DNA of 19,575 nucleotides from a virus (Duplodnaviria; Heunggongvirae; Uroviricota; Caudoviricetes): IMG/VR virus record IMGVR_UViG_2681813228_000025; one strand, 5' to 3'. Shown piece by piece: positions 1 to 6,816 of this stretch (position 1 is its first letter; each line of letters starts with the position of its first letter). The notes under the pieces were generated by a model. It saw only the letters and a program-made list of their open reading frames with translations, ran no database searches and was not told where the DNA came from. The position numbers and the translations under genes were made by a program.

Positions 1-32
1 TGGTGGTGATGGTGCCATAAAAATCAAAAAAT

Positions 33-85
33 GCGCCTTTTTCCGCGCCCCTCCGCCCCGTGGACAGGCCACCCCCACCAGGAGT
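33..85 (-). other. cos-like packaging site (satellite copy)
   Basis: GC-rich block gcctttttccgcgcccctccgccccgtggacaggccacccccaccaggag, similar by eye to 8562-8610. Its reverse complement GGGGCGGAGGGGCGCGGAAAAAGG resembles the lambda left end GGGCGGCGACCTCGCGGGTTTTCG as I recall it. Confidence 0.55.
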
Positions 86-91
86 ACCTAC

Positions 92-114
92 AAAAAAGCC
101 GGATTTCTCCGGCT
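92..114 (-). terminator. Rho-independent terminator after ssb-like gene
   Basis: Stem agccgga (97-103) / tccggct (108-114), loop tttc; A-run 92-96 gives a U-tract on the minus-strand transcript, just downstream of the SSB-like stop at 130. Confidence 0.5.
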
Positions 115-129
115 TCTGTCACTCGTTGC

Positions 130-552
130 TTAAAACGGTATGTTATCCCCGTACGGATCATCATTCCCCGCCTGTTGTTTTGCCCTGTTCAGTGCGTCAG
201 TAGCCTGCCCCTGCTGGCCTTTTTTGCCGCCCGGTCGCGCCGTTCTCGCACTGATTACGCTGTCTGCGATAACCTGCCAGCCCTGCCGCGTTTCGCCGTT
301 CTGGCCTGTCCACTGGCTTACCTGCATGTTACCCGCCACGCTCACCAGCTCGCCTTTGCGGTGTTTTGCCAGTGCGTCGGCCTGTCTGCCAAACGCCAGG
401 ACGGATAACCACATCGTAGCCGTTCCGTCATCTGCCTGGCTGCACGGCAGGGGGACAGCCATACTCGCCATCGTCATTTGTGTGCCCTTGCTGGTGGTCT
501 TTAACTGTGGGTCAGCCACCAGCCGCCCGTAAGCCGCTATCTGTGCTGTCAT
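130..552 (-). CDS. ssb: Single-stranded DNA-binding protein (SSB-like), 140 aa
   Basis: Aligns by eye to E. coli SSB: conserved Trp positions (MWLSVLAFG ~ WHRVVLFG; QWTGQNGETRQGW ~ KWTDQSGQDRY), Gly/Gln-rich linker, acidic tail DDPYGDNIPF resembling the DDDIPF tip. SD GGAGAGG before the ATG at 552; start overlaps the upstream stop (ATGA). Confidence 0.7.
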   Translation of the reverse strand: MTAQIAAYGRLVADPQLKTTSKGTQMTMASMAVPLPCSQADDGTATMWLSVLAFGRQADALAKHRKGELVSVAGNMQVSQWTGQNGETRQGWQVIADSVISARTARPGGKKGQQGQATDALNRAKQQAGNDDPYGDNIPF

Positions 553-794
553 GATTCCACCTCTCCGGTTTTAACGTTGATGGTTGTTACCTGTTCCGCT
601 TCGGCAATCTCCCGTTCTGTCAGCGTGGCAAAGTTTGCAGCTGCCGTTGTCATGAATGCGCTAACCAGTTCGGGATGTGCTTTCGCATATCCTTCCCCGG
701 CGTTGCGGTCGATGATTTTTATCGACACCCTTAACCAGTGTTCCGTCAAATCAAGGGCGTGCGATTGTGATTTTTTTGTGTGCTTCGCTGTCAT
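549..794 (-). CDS. Hypothetical protein, 81 aa, translationally coupled to ssb-like gene
   Basis: ATG at 794; stop overlaps the ssb start (ATGA at 549-552). Lies between the iteron origin and ssb. No family recognised. Confidence 0.5.
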   Translation of the reverse strand: MTAKHTKKSQSHALDLTEHWLRVSIKIIDRNAGEGYAKAHPELVSAFMTTAAANFATLTEREIAEAEQVTTINVKTGEVES

Positions 795-840
795 AGGCTT
801 TATCTCACAGCAGTAAATTAAAATTTTTGCGTTTCAACCC

Positions 841-1068
841 TTCACCTGTTCACCTTTTGATATTTTATCTTTTAATTCATAATGTTAAGGGGTGAACAGT
901 TTCACAAAAACTATTCACCAACTGTTCACCACTGTTCACCCTTGAAGCTCAATAAACAATCAAAAAGGTGAACAGTGAATAGTTTGGTGAACAGTTCATA
1001 AATAACTATTCACCCTATAATATACTGATATAAAAGATATTTATGACAGGGTGAACAGTGGTGAACAG
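841..1068. repeat. Iteron cluster / origin of replication (TGTTCACC octamers in both orientations with AT-rich spacer)
   Basis: TGTTCACC or variant at 847-854, 911-919, 922-930, 932-940, 1006-1014; inverse GGTGAACA at 891-899, 967-975, 976-983, 986-994, 1050-1058, 1060-1068. AT-rich stretch 1000-1048. TGTTCACC is the type I iteron bound by P4 alpha protein at ori/crr. Confidence 0.8.
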
Positions 1069-1081
1069 TTATTTCATAAGT

Positions 1082-2908
1082 TTAATTTTTGCTATCGTCA
1101 TTAGTGACCGATACACATGATGGCATCCAGTCTTCTGATTCCTCCGTCAGTGTCACGTTTGAACGCAAACCGTGCTTCGTTTTCCGTTTCATATACTCCC
1201 TGCCATATTCCGCCATTGCCCCCGGCATATCTTTACCGAAGCGCGTCAGTGTTACAGGTTTACCAAACCCATGTGCCCTCATATAAGCCAGATAGGCATG
1301 ATAGAGATACCTGCGTGGGCTGAATGGCACAATTTCAGCATTACCCACTAACAGGCCATCACACATTACCGACGCCATGAGATAGCCGCAGAAGTCCACC
1401 AGCGAATCCCCCTCTCGCTTTATCGCCAGTGCTTCTTCAGATTTCTGCTGCTCATATAACAGGCGTCTGGCTTCGTCCTGGTCAGCAAACCGTGTAAGCA
1501 GATGGCGAATCACTACCGCCAGCTCACCTTCTATTTTTTCCGCCAGCATTGGATCGCGTTCGTTCTCCGGTACAACTTCCGAAAAATTGAATATCACCCG
1601 ACGACGTGAGATCCCCCCGCTGCGGTCACTGAATGACATGGCGTTATTGTTAACCGCCAGCACTACTGCCGGAATACGCGTTGAGTAGGGGGCTTTGTGT
1701 TTCGGGTCAATTGCCACCTTGTCACCGCCTGTAATGGCCTTAATTCCTGCCCCATCACCAGCGTAGCGGGTCATATCCGGCATGATAATCAGCGAAAAGC
1801 CAACCACTAACGCGCGTTCCCTTGCATCTTCCAGCGCCTTCATGCTTGCCGATACTGTGTTGGCCTTACCCGCCAGCATGGTGCAAATCTCCGCCATCAC
1901 GCTTTTACCACTTCCCCCTGGACCTGTTACCTCAATGAATAACTGCCAGTCGTACCGGTTCGCCAGCACCATGAATAATGCAGCCAGTACGCGATCCGCC
2001 TTGCGGTCATTCTCAGCCACCGAACGGCGTAACCACTTCCAGAAATTCGGCGCATGTGTTGCCAGCGTTTCCCCCTCTGCTGGTGGGCTGAAAGGTAATT
2101 CACTGGCAATTAACAACCAGTCGTTTTTGTTATGCTCCCGAAAATCGCCTGTCCGGGTATCAAAAACACCGTTACTGAATCCAATCAGGTTACGGGCTGT
2201 ATTCCCCATTACAGGCAAACTTAACTTCATGGTATCGACCGCCGATTTAATGGCGTTCTGCGAATAGCTGATCTCCGCATCAATGAAAATCTGTGCCATA
2301 GCTCGCTGTAATTCTTTATCCTGTACTGGCTCCCATACAACGCCGTTGTAATAGTGAACAGTGTCAGAGTCAGCATGAATCGCCAGTTCACCGCCATAAT
2401 GTGCCAGGAGAACTTCGCCGCGTTGACTTGCTCCCATCTGGTTAAGCGCCAGTGATGAAGCGTTATCGTCTTTTACCCGCTCTTTTTTCTTTACTGGCAG
2501 TTCAACTACCTTTTTCTTTTCCGCCTGCTCTGCCCGTTCACGTTCCAGATATTCGCGCCAGTTCTCCCGTTTCTGGCTGTGCATTCCTTCAGGGTAATAA
2601 TCAGCATCCCTGACACCTGCCGCTGCCAGTTTCTGCCCGATGGTATTAACAAGCCCCGGACGCAATAACCCCGCCTGGTAGAGACGCACGCGATAGCGTC
2701 CGTCCGGTACGATTTGCAGGTTGTCCAGTTCGGCAAGTTGTTGCTCTCCAAGCCAGACAGGAGGCACGCTGTCGCCAGCCAGTCGCCCGTCCTGTTCCTG
2801 CCACTGCTTCGCATGTGCCCACGCATCACTGCCAGCGAAAATAATCACTTCCGTATCGGCGTGTTTTTTCCCTCGCGGCTGTTTTTTTAAGTTCGGTGCG
2901 CTTTTCAT
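1082..2908 (-). CDS. Replication initiator / helicase (P4 alpha-like C-terminal region, SF3 helicase), 608 aa
   Basis: Walker A VTGPGGSGKS and downstream motifs typical of D5_N / phage-plasmid primase P4-family helicases. ATG at 2908 overlaps the upstream stop (ATGA). Cognate iterons lie immediately downstream. The N-terminal ~150 aa could not be classified by eye. Confidence 0.85.
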   Translation of the reverse strand: MKSAPNLKKQPRGKKHADTEVIIFAGSDAWAHAKQWQEQDGRLAGDSVPPVWLGEQQLAELDNLQIVPDGRYRVRLYQAGLLRPGLVNTIGQKLAAAGVRDADYYPEGMHSQKRENWREYLERERAEQAEKKKVVELPVKKKERVKDDNASSLALNQMGASQRGEVLLAHYGGELAIHADSDTVHYYNGVVWEPVQDKELQRAMAQIFIDAEISYSQNAIKSAVDTMKLSLPVMGNTARNLIGFSNGVFDTRTGDFREHNKNDWLLIASELPFSPPAEGETLATHAPNFWKWLRRSVAENDRKADRVLAALFMVLANRYDWQLFIEVTGPGGSGKSVMAEICTMLAGKANTVSASMKALEDARERALVVGFSLIIMPDMTRYAGDGAGIKAITGGDKVAIDPKHKAPYSTRIPAVVLAVNNNAMSFSDRSGGISRRRVIFNFSEVVPENERDPMLAEKIEGELAVVIRHLLTRFADQDEARRLLYEQQKSEEALAIKREGDSLVDFCGYLMASVMCDGLLVGNAEIVPFSPRRYLYHAYLAYMRAHGFGKPVTLTRFGKDMPGAMAEYGREYMKRKTKHGLRSNVTLTEESEDWMPSCVSVTNDDSKN

Positions 2909-3204
2909 TTCTTGCCCCTGAATACGTTAATCATGTTTTTTAGTTCCTGTAGTTTTTTATCAACATCCATACATGACACATGGTTATTTCTGGAAAGCGG
3001 GATTTCCCGCCTGAATCTGCTAATAAAGATCTCCACGTTCAGCGAACTAAGAAATGAATAGCCATCACGGATAAAATACACACGGTCAAACATCAGTTCT
3101 TTTACCGTTACTCTGTTACCGTTCTTATCCAGATAAATAGCGCCGGGGATAATTTGGGGGTGTGCATAACCGCTGGCAGTCAAGCCAGATAAATATGTTC
3201 TCAT
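2905..3204 (-). CDS. Hypothetical protein, 99 aa (AT-rich cassette, gene 2)
   Basis: ATG at 3204 with GGGGA about 10 nt upstream; stop overlaps the replication-gene start. G+C about 35-42% by hand counts on 60-nt blocks, versus about 55% in the replication gene. No recognisable motif. Confidence 0.55.
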   Translation of the reverse strand: MRTYLSGLTASGYAHPQIIPGAIYLDKNGNRVTVKELMFDRVYFIRDGYSFLSSLNVEIFISRFRREIPLSRNNHVSCMDVDKKLQELKNMINVFRGKK

Positions 3205-3210
3205 GATTAT

Positions 3211-3531
3211 TTATCCCCGATTTAAATCAGTATTCGCTTTCTTTATAGCATTTAATGCATCTGTGGCATTTTCAATGGTGCACCGTAACGAAATATCAAA
3301 CCGCCCAAGCATTGCCAGTAACAAACCGATATTACCCATATCAATGCGCATGGCCTTTTCGTCATATTCCTTATTTTCTGACGCATGAAACATAAGGCTA
3401 CCAATTGACGCAATACCCATTGATATATTGTCAGTAGCCCCATCAGCAGCGGAATAAACCTTCTTAGCAATATCATGATCACACTTAAAATGCGGATTAA
3501 TCAGGTACTGGTAATTTGACATATCAGGCAT
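3211..3531 (-). CDS. Hypothetical protein, 106 aa (AT-rich cassette, gene 1)
   Basis: ATG at 3531 with G-rich SD (GGGGG) 7 nt upstream; overlaps the stop of the upstream 67-aa ORF; 6-nt gap to the next ORF. AT-rich. No recognisable motif. Confidence 0.55.
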   Translation of the reverse strand: MPDMSNYQYLINPHFKCDHDIAKKVYSAADGATDNISMGIASIGSLMFHASENKEYDEKAMRIDMGNIGLLLAMLGRFDISLRCTIENATDALNAIKKANTDLNRG

Positions 3532-3727
3532 GGCACACCCCCTGACGAATACGGGCGGCGAATACCATCACGCAGCCAGCCGGGGATTGCTGGCGTGCTT
3601 CCTGTTCGCTGGTGGCCTCGATGGTAATCACGCGCGGCTGTGCCGTGCTCAGGGCGATAAAACGCCAGATGTATTTATTCAGGTTGTGCGGGTCCCGCCC
3701 TTGCGGGTGTGTGGTATGATTTAACAT
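3524..3727 (-). CDS. Hypothetical protein, 67 aa, first gene of replication operon
   Basis: Internal ATG at 3727 preceded by GAGG 6 nt upstream; the track ORF extends to 3817 but lacks an SD there. GC-rich like the island backbone. Function unknown. Confidence 0.45.
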   Translation of the reverse strand: MLNHTTHPQGRDPHNLNKYIWRFIALSTAQPRVITIEATSEQEARQQSPAGCVMVFAARIRQGVCHA

Positions 3728-3825
3728 AGCTACCTCGATACTCTCGTTATCGTTGGTGGTTAGACGCCCCGTATGTGTTTCCGGCACTGCGGGGCGTTGC
3801 TCTTTGTATTTCAACAATCCTTTCG

Positions 3826-3858
3826 GTGTGTTTCATGTTATGAGCGCATGAAACACAC
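3826..3858. promoter_or_regulatory. Operator-like perfect inverted repeat in divergent control region
   Basis: GTGTGTTTCATG (3826-3837) - 9 bp - CATGAAACACAC (3847-3858); a third copy TGAAACACACCG at 3894-3905 sits next to a TATACT -10-like hexamer upstream of the ATG at 3925. Confidence 0.5.
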
Positions 3859-3924
3859 GTCAAGGCTTTTTGTATTTCTTTTTTTGTGTATACTGAAACA
3901 CACCGATGATTAGGAGTTTCAGAA

Positions 3925-4230
3925 ATGGCAACGGCTAACAAAAACGCAAAATCACAACTGACAACTGTCAGAGTCCCACTAGATGTTATGCAAGGGATGG
4001 AATCCGTTAAGCTGGACGGCGAAAGCAATGCCGGATTTATCGTAACCGCCATGCGCGGAGAAATAGCCCGCCGCCAAGCAGAAGGCAGCGGAGAAAATCC
4101 CCTTGTGTCGTCACTGGATGCCCTGGCTAAGGTCGAACAAATCGGCATCAAAGCAGCGGAAGAAATCGGGCAGCTTGTCACCGTTGCACGCGAAGAACTC
4201 CAGCGGCGCAAGGCCAAAGAGCAGGAGTAA
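3925..4230 (+). CDS. Putative small DNA-binding regulator (possible ribbon-helix-helix), 101 aa
   Basis: Strong SD AGGAG 8 nt before the ATG. N-terminal TTVRVPLDVMQGMESVK...NAGFIVTAMRGEIARR fits a strand-helix-helix pattern; charged helical C-terminus. Divergent from the replication operon, adjacent to the IR operator. The fold assignment is a guess. Confidence 0.55.
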   Translation: MATANKNAKSQLTTVRVPLDVMQGMESVKLDGESNAGFIVTAMRGEIARRQAEGSGENPLVSSLDALAKVEQIGIKAAEEIGQLVTVAREELQRRKAKEQE

Positions 4231-4287
4231 CCATCACCAGCGCCGTGGTGCGGTGAACTGTGGCGCACAGGGTTACAGGTATCTACG

Positions 4288-4485
4288 ATGACTGACAAAT
4301 CATTAAAGAAATTATCCTCATCCAAGAAAAAACAACGCAAAAATGCGGTAAACGAACATGAACCGGAGAGATTCGCACCATGTGCGTTTGTCCTTGAGAA
4401 GTTCCTTAAAGAGTACAGGCGCACAAAAATGGGATCGCATACCTGGAAAACATCGCAGCATGGCGATGCTAAAGAGCAGGAATAG
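4288..4485 (+). CDS. Hypothetical basic protein, 65 aa
   Basis: ATG at 4288 with weak SD; lysine-rich N-terminus. Followed by the terminator at 4574-4605. Confidence 0.3.
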   Translation: MTDKSLKKLSSSKKKQRKNAVNEHEPERFAPCAFVLEKFLKEYRRTKMGSHTWKTSQHGDAKEQE

Positions 4486-4573
4486 CCCACCAGCAAGCCA
4501 GCACACTGATCACATTGCCCACCAGCCAACAAATCGCTATGATGTTTGGGCTTATGTTTAGTGTTTTCCCATT

Positions 4574-4605
4574 GGCGACCTCTGATCCGGGTCGCCTTTG
4601 TTTTG
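4574..4605 (+). terminator. Rho-independent terminator
   Basis: Stem GGCGACC (4574-4580) / GGTCGCC (4590-4596), loop tctgatccg, then tttgttttg. Confidence 0.55.
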
Positions 4606-5184
4606 TCACTGAATGCGGTTGCCAAAGTAAAACTCAGGCTGATATTCACGTATCAGCCTTTTTTCTTCTTCCTCCAGCTCACGCTTTTTGCGCTTACATG
4701 CCTGTAGCTCCCTCCCCTTCTGACTAGCACTTAACTGATATTGCTCTTTACGGCGAGAAAAGTCCTGTAATGCGCCCCACGGGATACCATAAGCCCCCGT
4801 TTTTCTGATTCCTGGTATCACATTCCTGAATACCCAGTTACTGAAACGATGGGCGAATGTGCCTTGCGTCGTTGCTTTGCGGCTACGGGCTATTAGTTTG
4901 TAGAAACCTGACTCAGAGATAATGCTCATATTCTGATTTCCTCCTGGGGTGTAAGTTAAATTTACTCCCTTTTCATCATCATCAAGCATCTGCAACGCCG
5001 TACGCGAATTGGTCAGTTCCAGCGCAGCGCAGACATCCTTTGCAACAAACCACGGATCGCCGTTCAGATACACCACGCGAACGTTCACACTATCAAAGCG
5101 CAGAACGACCAGATCACGAAAATCACAGATTTTTTTTACATGACGTGCGTCACCCTTGCCCGTCACGGCAATATTTTTATTCAT
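4606..5184 (-). CDS. BRO-N domain protein (antirepressor-like), 192 aa
   Basis: BRO-N signature FDSVNVRVVYLNGDPWFVAKDVCAALEL...GNQNMSIISESGFYKLIARS; charged coiled-coil-like C-terminus. ATG at 5184. Confidence 0.75.
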   Translation of the reverse strand: MNKNIAVTGKGDARHVKKICDFRDLVVLRFDSVNVRVVYLNGDPWFVAKDVCAALELTNSRTALQMLDDDEKGVNLTYTPGGNQNMSIISESGFYKLIARSRKATTQGTFAHRFSNWVFRNVIPGIRKTGAYGIPWGALQDFSRRKEQYQLSASQKGRELQACKRKKRELEEEEKRLIREYQPEFYFGNRIQ

Positions 5185-5204
5185 TTCTTTTTTACCTCAC
5201 ATAC

Positions 5205-5229
5205 AAAAAACCCCGCATTGCACGCGGGG
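5205..5229 (-). terminator. Rho-independent terminator between alpA and the BRO-N gene
   Basis: Stem ccccgc (5211-5216) / gcgggg (5224-5229); A-run 5205-5210 gives a U-tract on the minus-strand transcript. Confidence 0.5.
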
Positions 5230-5243
5230 TATGAAAGATATTA

Positions 5244-5468
5244 TTAGTGGGGATTGGCTTGTTCTCGTTGTTTATCTAACCATGCTTCTACATCTCTACG
5301 GTGCCAGGTATGTCGTCGTCCAATTCTGAACGGCTGAGGAAAACCATTATTCTCATCTTTCCAGAAATTGATGAATGCACTCATTGCTCCATATCGCAAG
5401 ATTTTCATTACGTCTTTAGTAAATAAAATATCTTCATTGGTATTCATTTGCTGAACCTCCTCAACCAT
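5244..5468 (-). CDS. alpA: AlpA-family transcriptional regulator / excisionase-like, 74 aa
   Basis: AlpA-like helix-turn-helix pattern (ILFTKDVMKILRYGAMSAFINFWKDENNGFPQPFRIGRRHTWHRRDVEAWL). Start overlaps the int stop by 8 nt. Position just downstream of int matches Gram-negative PICIs and CP4-57-type islands. Confidence 0.8.
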   Translation of the reverse strand: MVEEVQQMNTNEDILFTKDVMKILRYGAMSAFINFWKDENNGFPQPFRIGRRHTWHRRDVEAWLDKQREQANPH

Positions 5469-6699
5469 TTACTACTCTTAAACCTTTCATACCACCGGAT
5501 CTATTAATTACCCCTTTTCTCGCATCATCAAAAAAATCACCGACCCATTGCATCATGATCTTACGCTGTTCTAGATAAATAGTTCTATTATAAATATCTC
5601 TTATTTTATCACCACTTTTATGCGCCAATGCAGCCTCGATTACATCGGGGTTAAATCCCTCCTCATTTAAAAGCGTACTCCACATTGAACGAAAACCATG
5701 TAACGTTACAATCCCTTTGAACTTACTGGCAGCAATTGGGGTCTTGATAGTATTCCTCCCCATAGGCGCATCTTTTGTTCTGGAGGAAAAAAACACATAA
5801 CGCCCTCTTTTTATTTCCTGCATTGTTCTGAGGATACTAATAGCCTGTGATGACAAGGGAACAACATGTTCACGATGGCATTTCATTTTATGCGCGGGGA
5901 TAATCCACAAGCCAGAATCAAAATCAATCTCTGACCACTCTGCTTTAATCGCCTCACCTGGCCTGACCATTGTCAATATCTGGAATAAAAGTGCATTATG
6001 AGCTATTTGATAGGTATGAGGCACACTATCCCACCAGCTCAGAAATTCAGGCAATCTTTCAACAGGTAGTGCTGCTAATGATTTATTTTTCTTTCCTGTG
6101 AATGCAGTCTTTATCTTAAGTAATGGATTTGCTTTCAATGCTCCACAATTTACAGCATAATTCATAATTTCATTTAATCTTGATATTAATTTTTTTTGCA
6201 ACGCATTCTTATCGGATACGGCATCCAGAGCATTAATAGCTACTGGTGCTGTAATTTTTTCTATACTGTACTTACCAAAGAAAGGAACAAGATATTTGTA
6301 TACTTCATATTCGATATTATACAGCGTAGGTTTCCGCAATTCAGATCCCTTTTTAAAAGCGAACCATGCATTAGCAACAGCTTCAAATGTCTGTAGATTT
6401 TTTAGTGACATCTCAATTTTACGATTTTTCTTCTCCGTCACTGGATCAACTCCACGTGCAATCATTCGCCGAAGTTCATCACGTACTTCCCGTGCTTCCG
6501 CGAGTGAGAATTCAGGAAAACGTCCTATCGTGTATGTCTGCCGTTTCTTCGTTATCGGATGGCTATAACGGAAACGCCACACTTTCCCACCGGCTTTACT
6601 CACATTCAGCAATAAACCGAACCCATCATAAACGGCATAGTCCTTTTCACGTGGTTTCATCCCCTTAACTTCAGTCACGGTTAATGGCTTTACCGACAT
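5461..6699 (-). CDS. int: Tyrosine recombinase / integrase (P4-type), 412 aa
   Basis: N-terminal Arm-type region typical of P4-family integrases (MSVKPLTVTEVKGMKPREKDYAVYDGFGLLLNVSKAGGKVWRFRY), C-terminal catalytic domain. ATG at 6699. Confidence 0.9.
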   Translation of the reverse strand: MSVKPLTVTEVKGMKPREKDYAVYDGFGLLLNVSKAGGKVWRFRYSHPITKKRQTYTIGRFPEFSLAEAREVRDELRRMIARGVDPVTEKKNRKIEMSLKNLQTFEAVANAWFAFKKGSELRKPTLYNIEYEVYKYLVPFFGKYSIEKITAPVAINALDAVSDKNALQKKLISRLNEIMNYAVNCGALKANPLLKIKTAFTGKKNKSLAALPVERLPEFLSWWDSVPHTYQIAHNALLFQILTMVRPGEAIKAEWSEIDFDSGLWIIPAHKMKCHREHVVPLSSQAISILRTMQEIKRGRYVFFSSRTKDAPMGRNTIKTPIAASKFKGIVTLHGFRSMWSTLLNEEGFNPDVIEAALAHKSGDKIRDIYNRTIYLEQRKIMMQWVGDFFDDARKGVINRSGGMKGLRVVNG

Positions 6700-6816
6700 C
6701 TATCGCCCTCATTTTTTAGTCCGTCATGTAGTCCATTCAAGCCAATAACAAGCGATAAACTAACTCATTATCAAGCAAAGAGAGGAAACTCATAAAATCA
6801 CAACTCATTGAAAAGA

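Noticed and set aside
31-532. Plus-strand ORFs 31-408 and 140-532
   Set aside because: Antisense to the well-supported SSB-like gene in GC-rich DNA; Pro/Cys/Ala-rich junk translation. ORF 31-408 also runs through the cos-like site and terminator.
841-1068. Possible CRISPR array, given the short repeats
   Set aside because: Repeats are 8-9 bp, occur in both orientations with irregular spacing, and lie next to a replication gene. This is an iteron origin, not a CRISPR array.
1089-2921. Several 60-160-aa ORFs inside or antisense to the replication gene (1089-1286, 1117-1323, 1782-2267, 1927-2109, 2506-2829, 2721-2921)
   Set aside because: All nested within the 608-aa gene, which has clear helicase motifs; typical shadow ORFs of GC-rich coding DNA.
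3747-4649. 300-aa minus-strand ORF spanning the divergent control region and antisense to the 101-aa and 65-aa genes
   Set aside because: Ser/Cys-rich low-complexity translation with no SD. It runs through an operator palindrome and a terminator hairpin and overlaps the BRO-N gene 3' end. The plus-strand genes have proper SD sequences and coding-like composition.
6700-6816. tRNA gene as integration target next to the integrase
   Set aside because: No cloverleaf-compatible sequence or conserved T-loop (GTTCGAATC-like) found by eye; the flanking gene is a terminase fragment instead.
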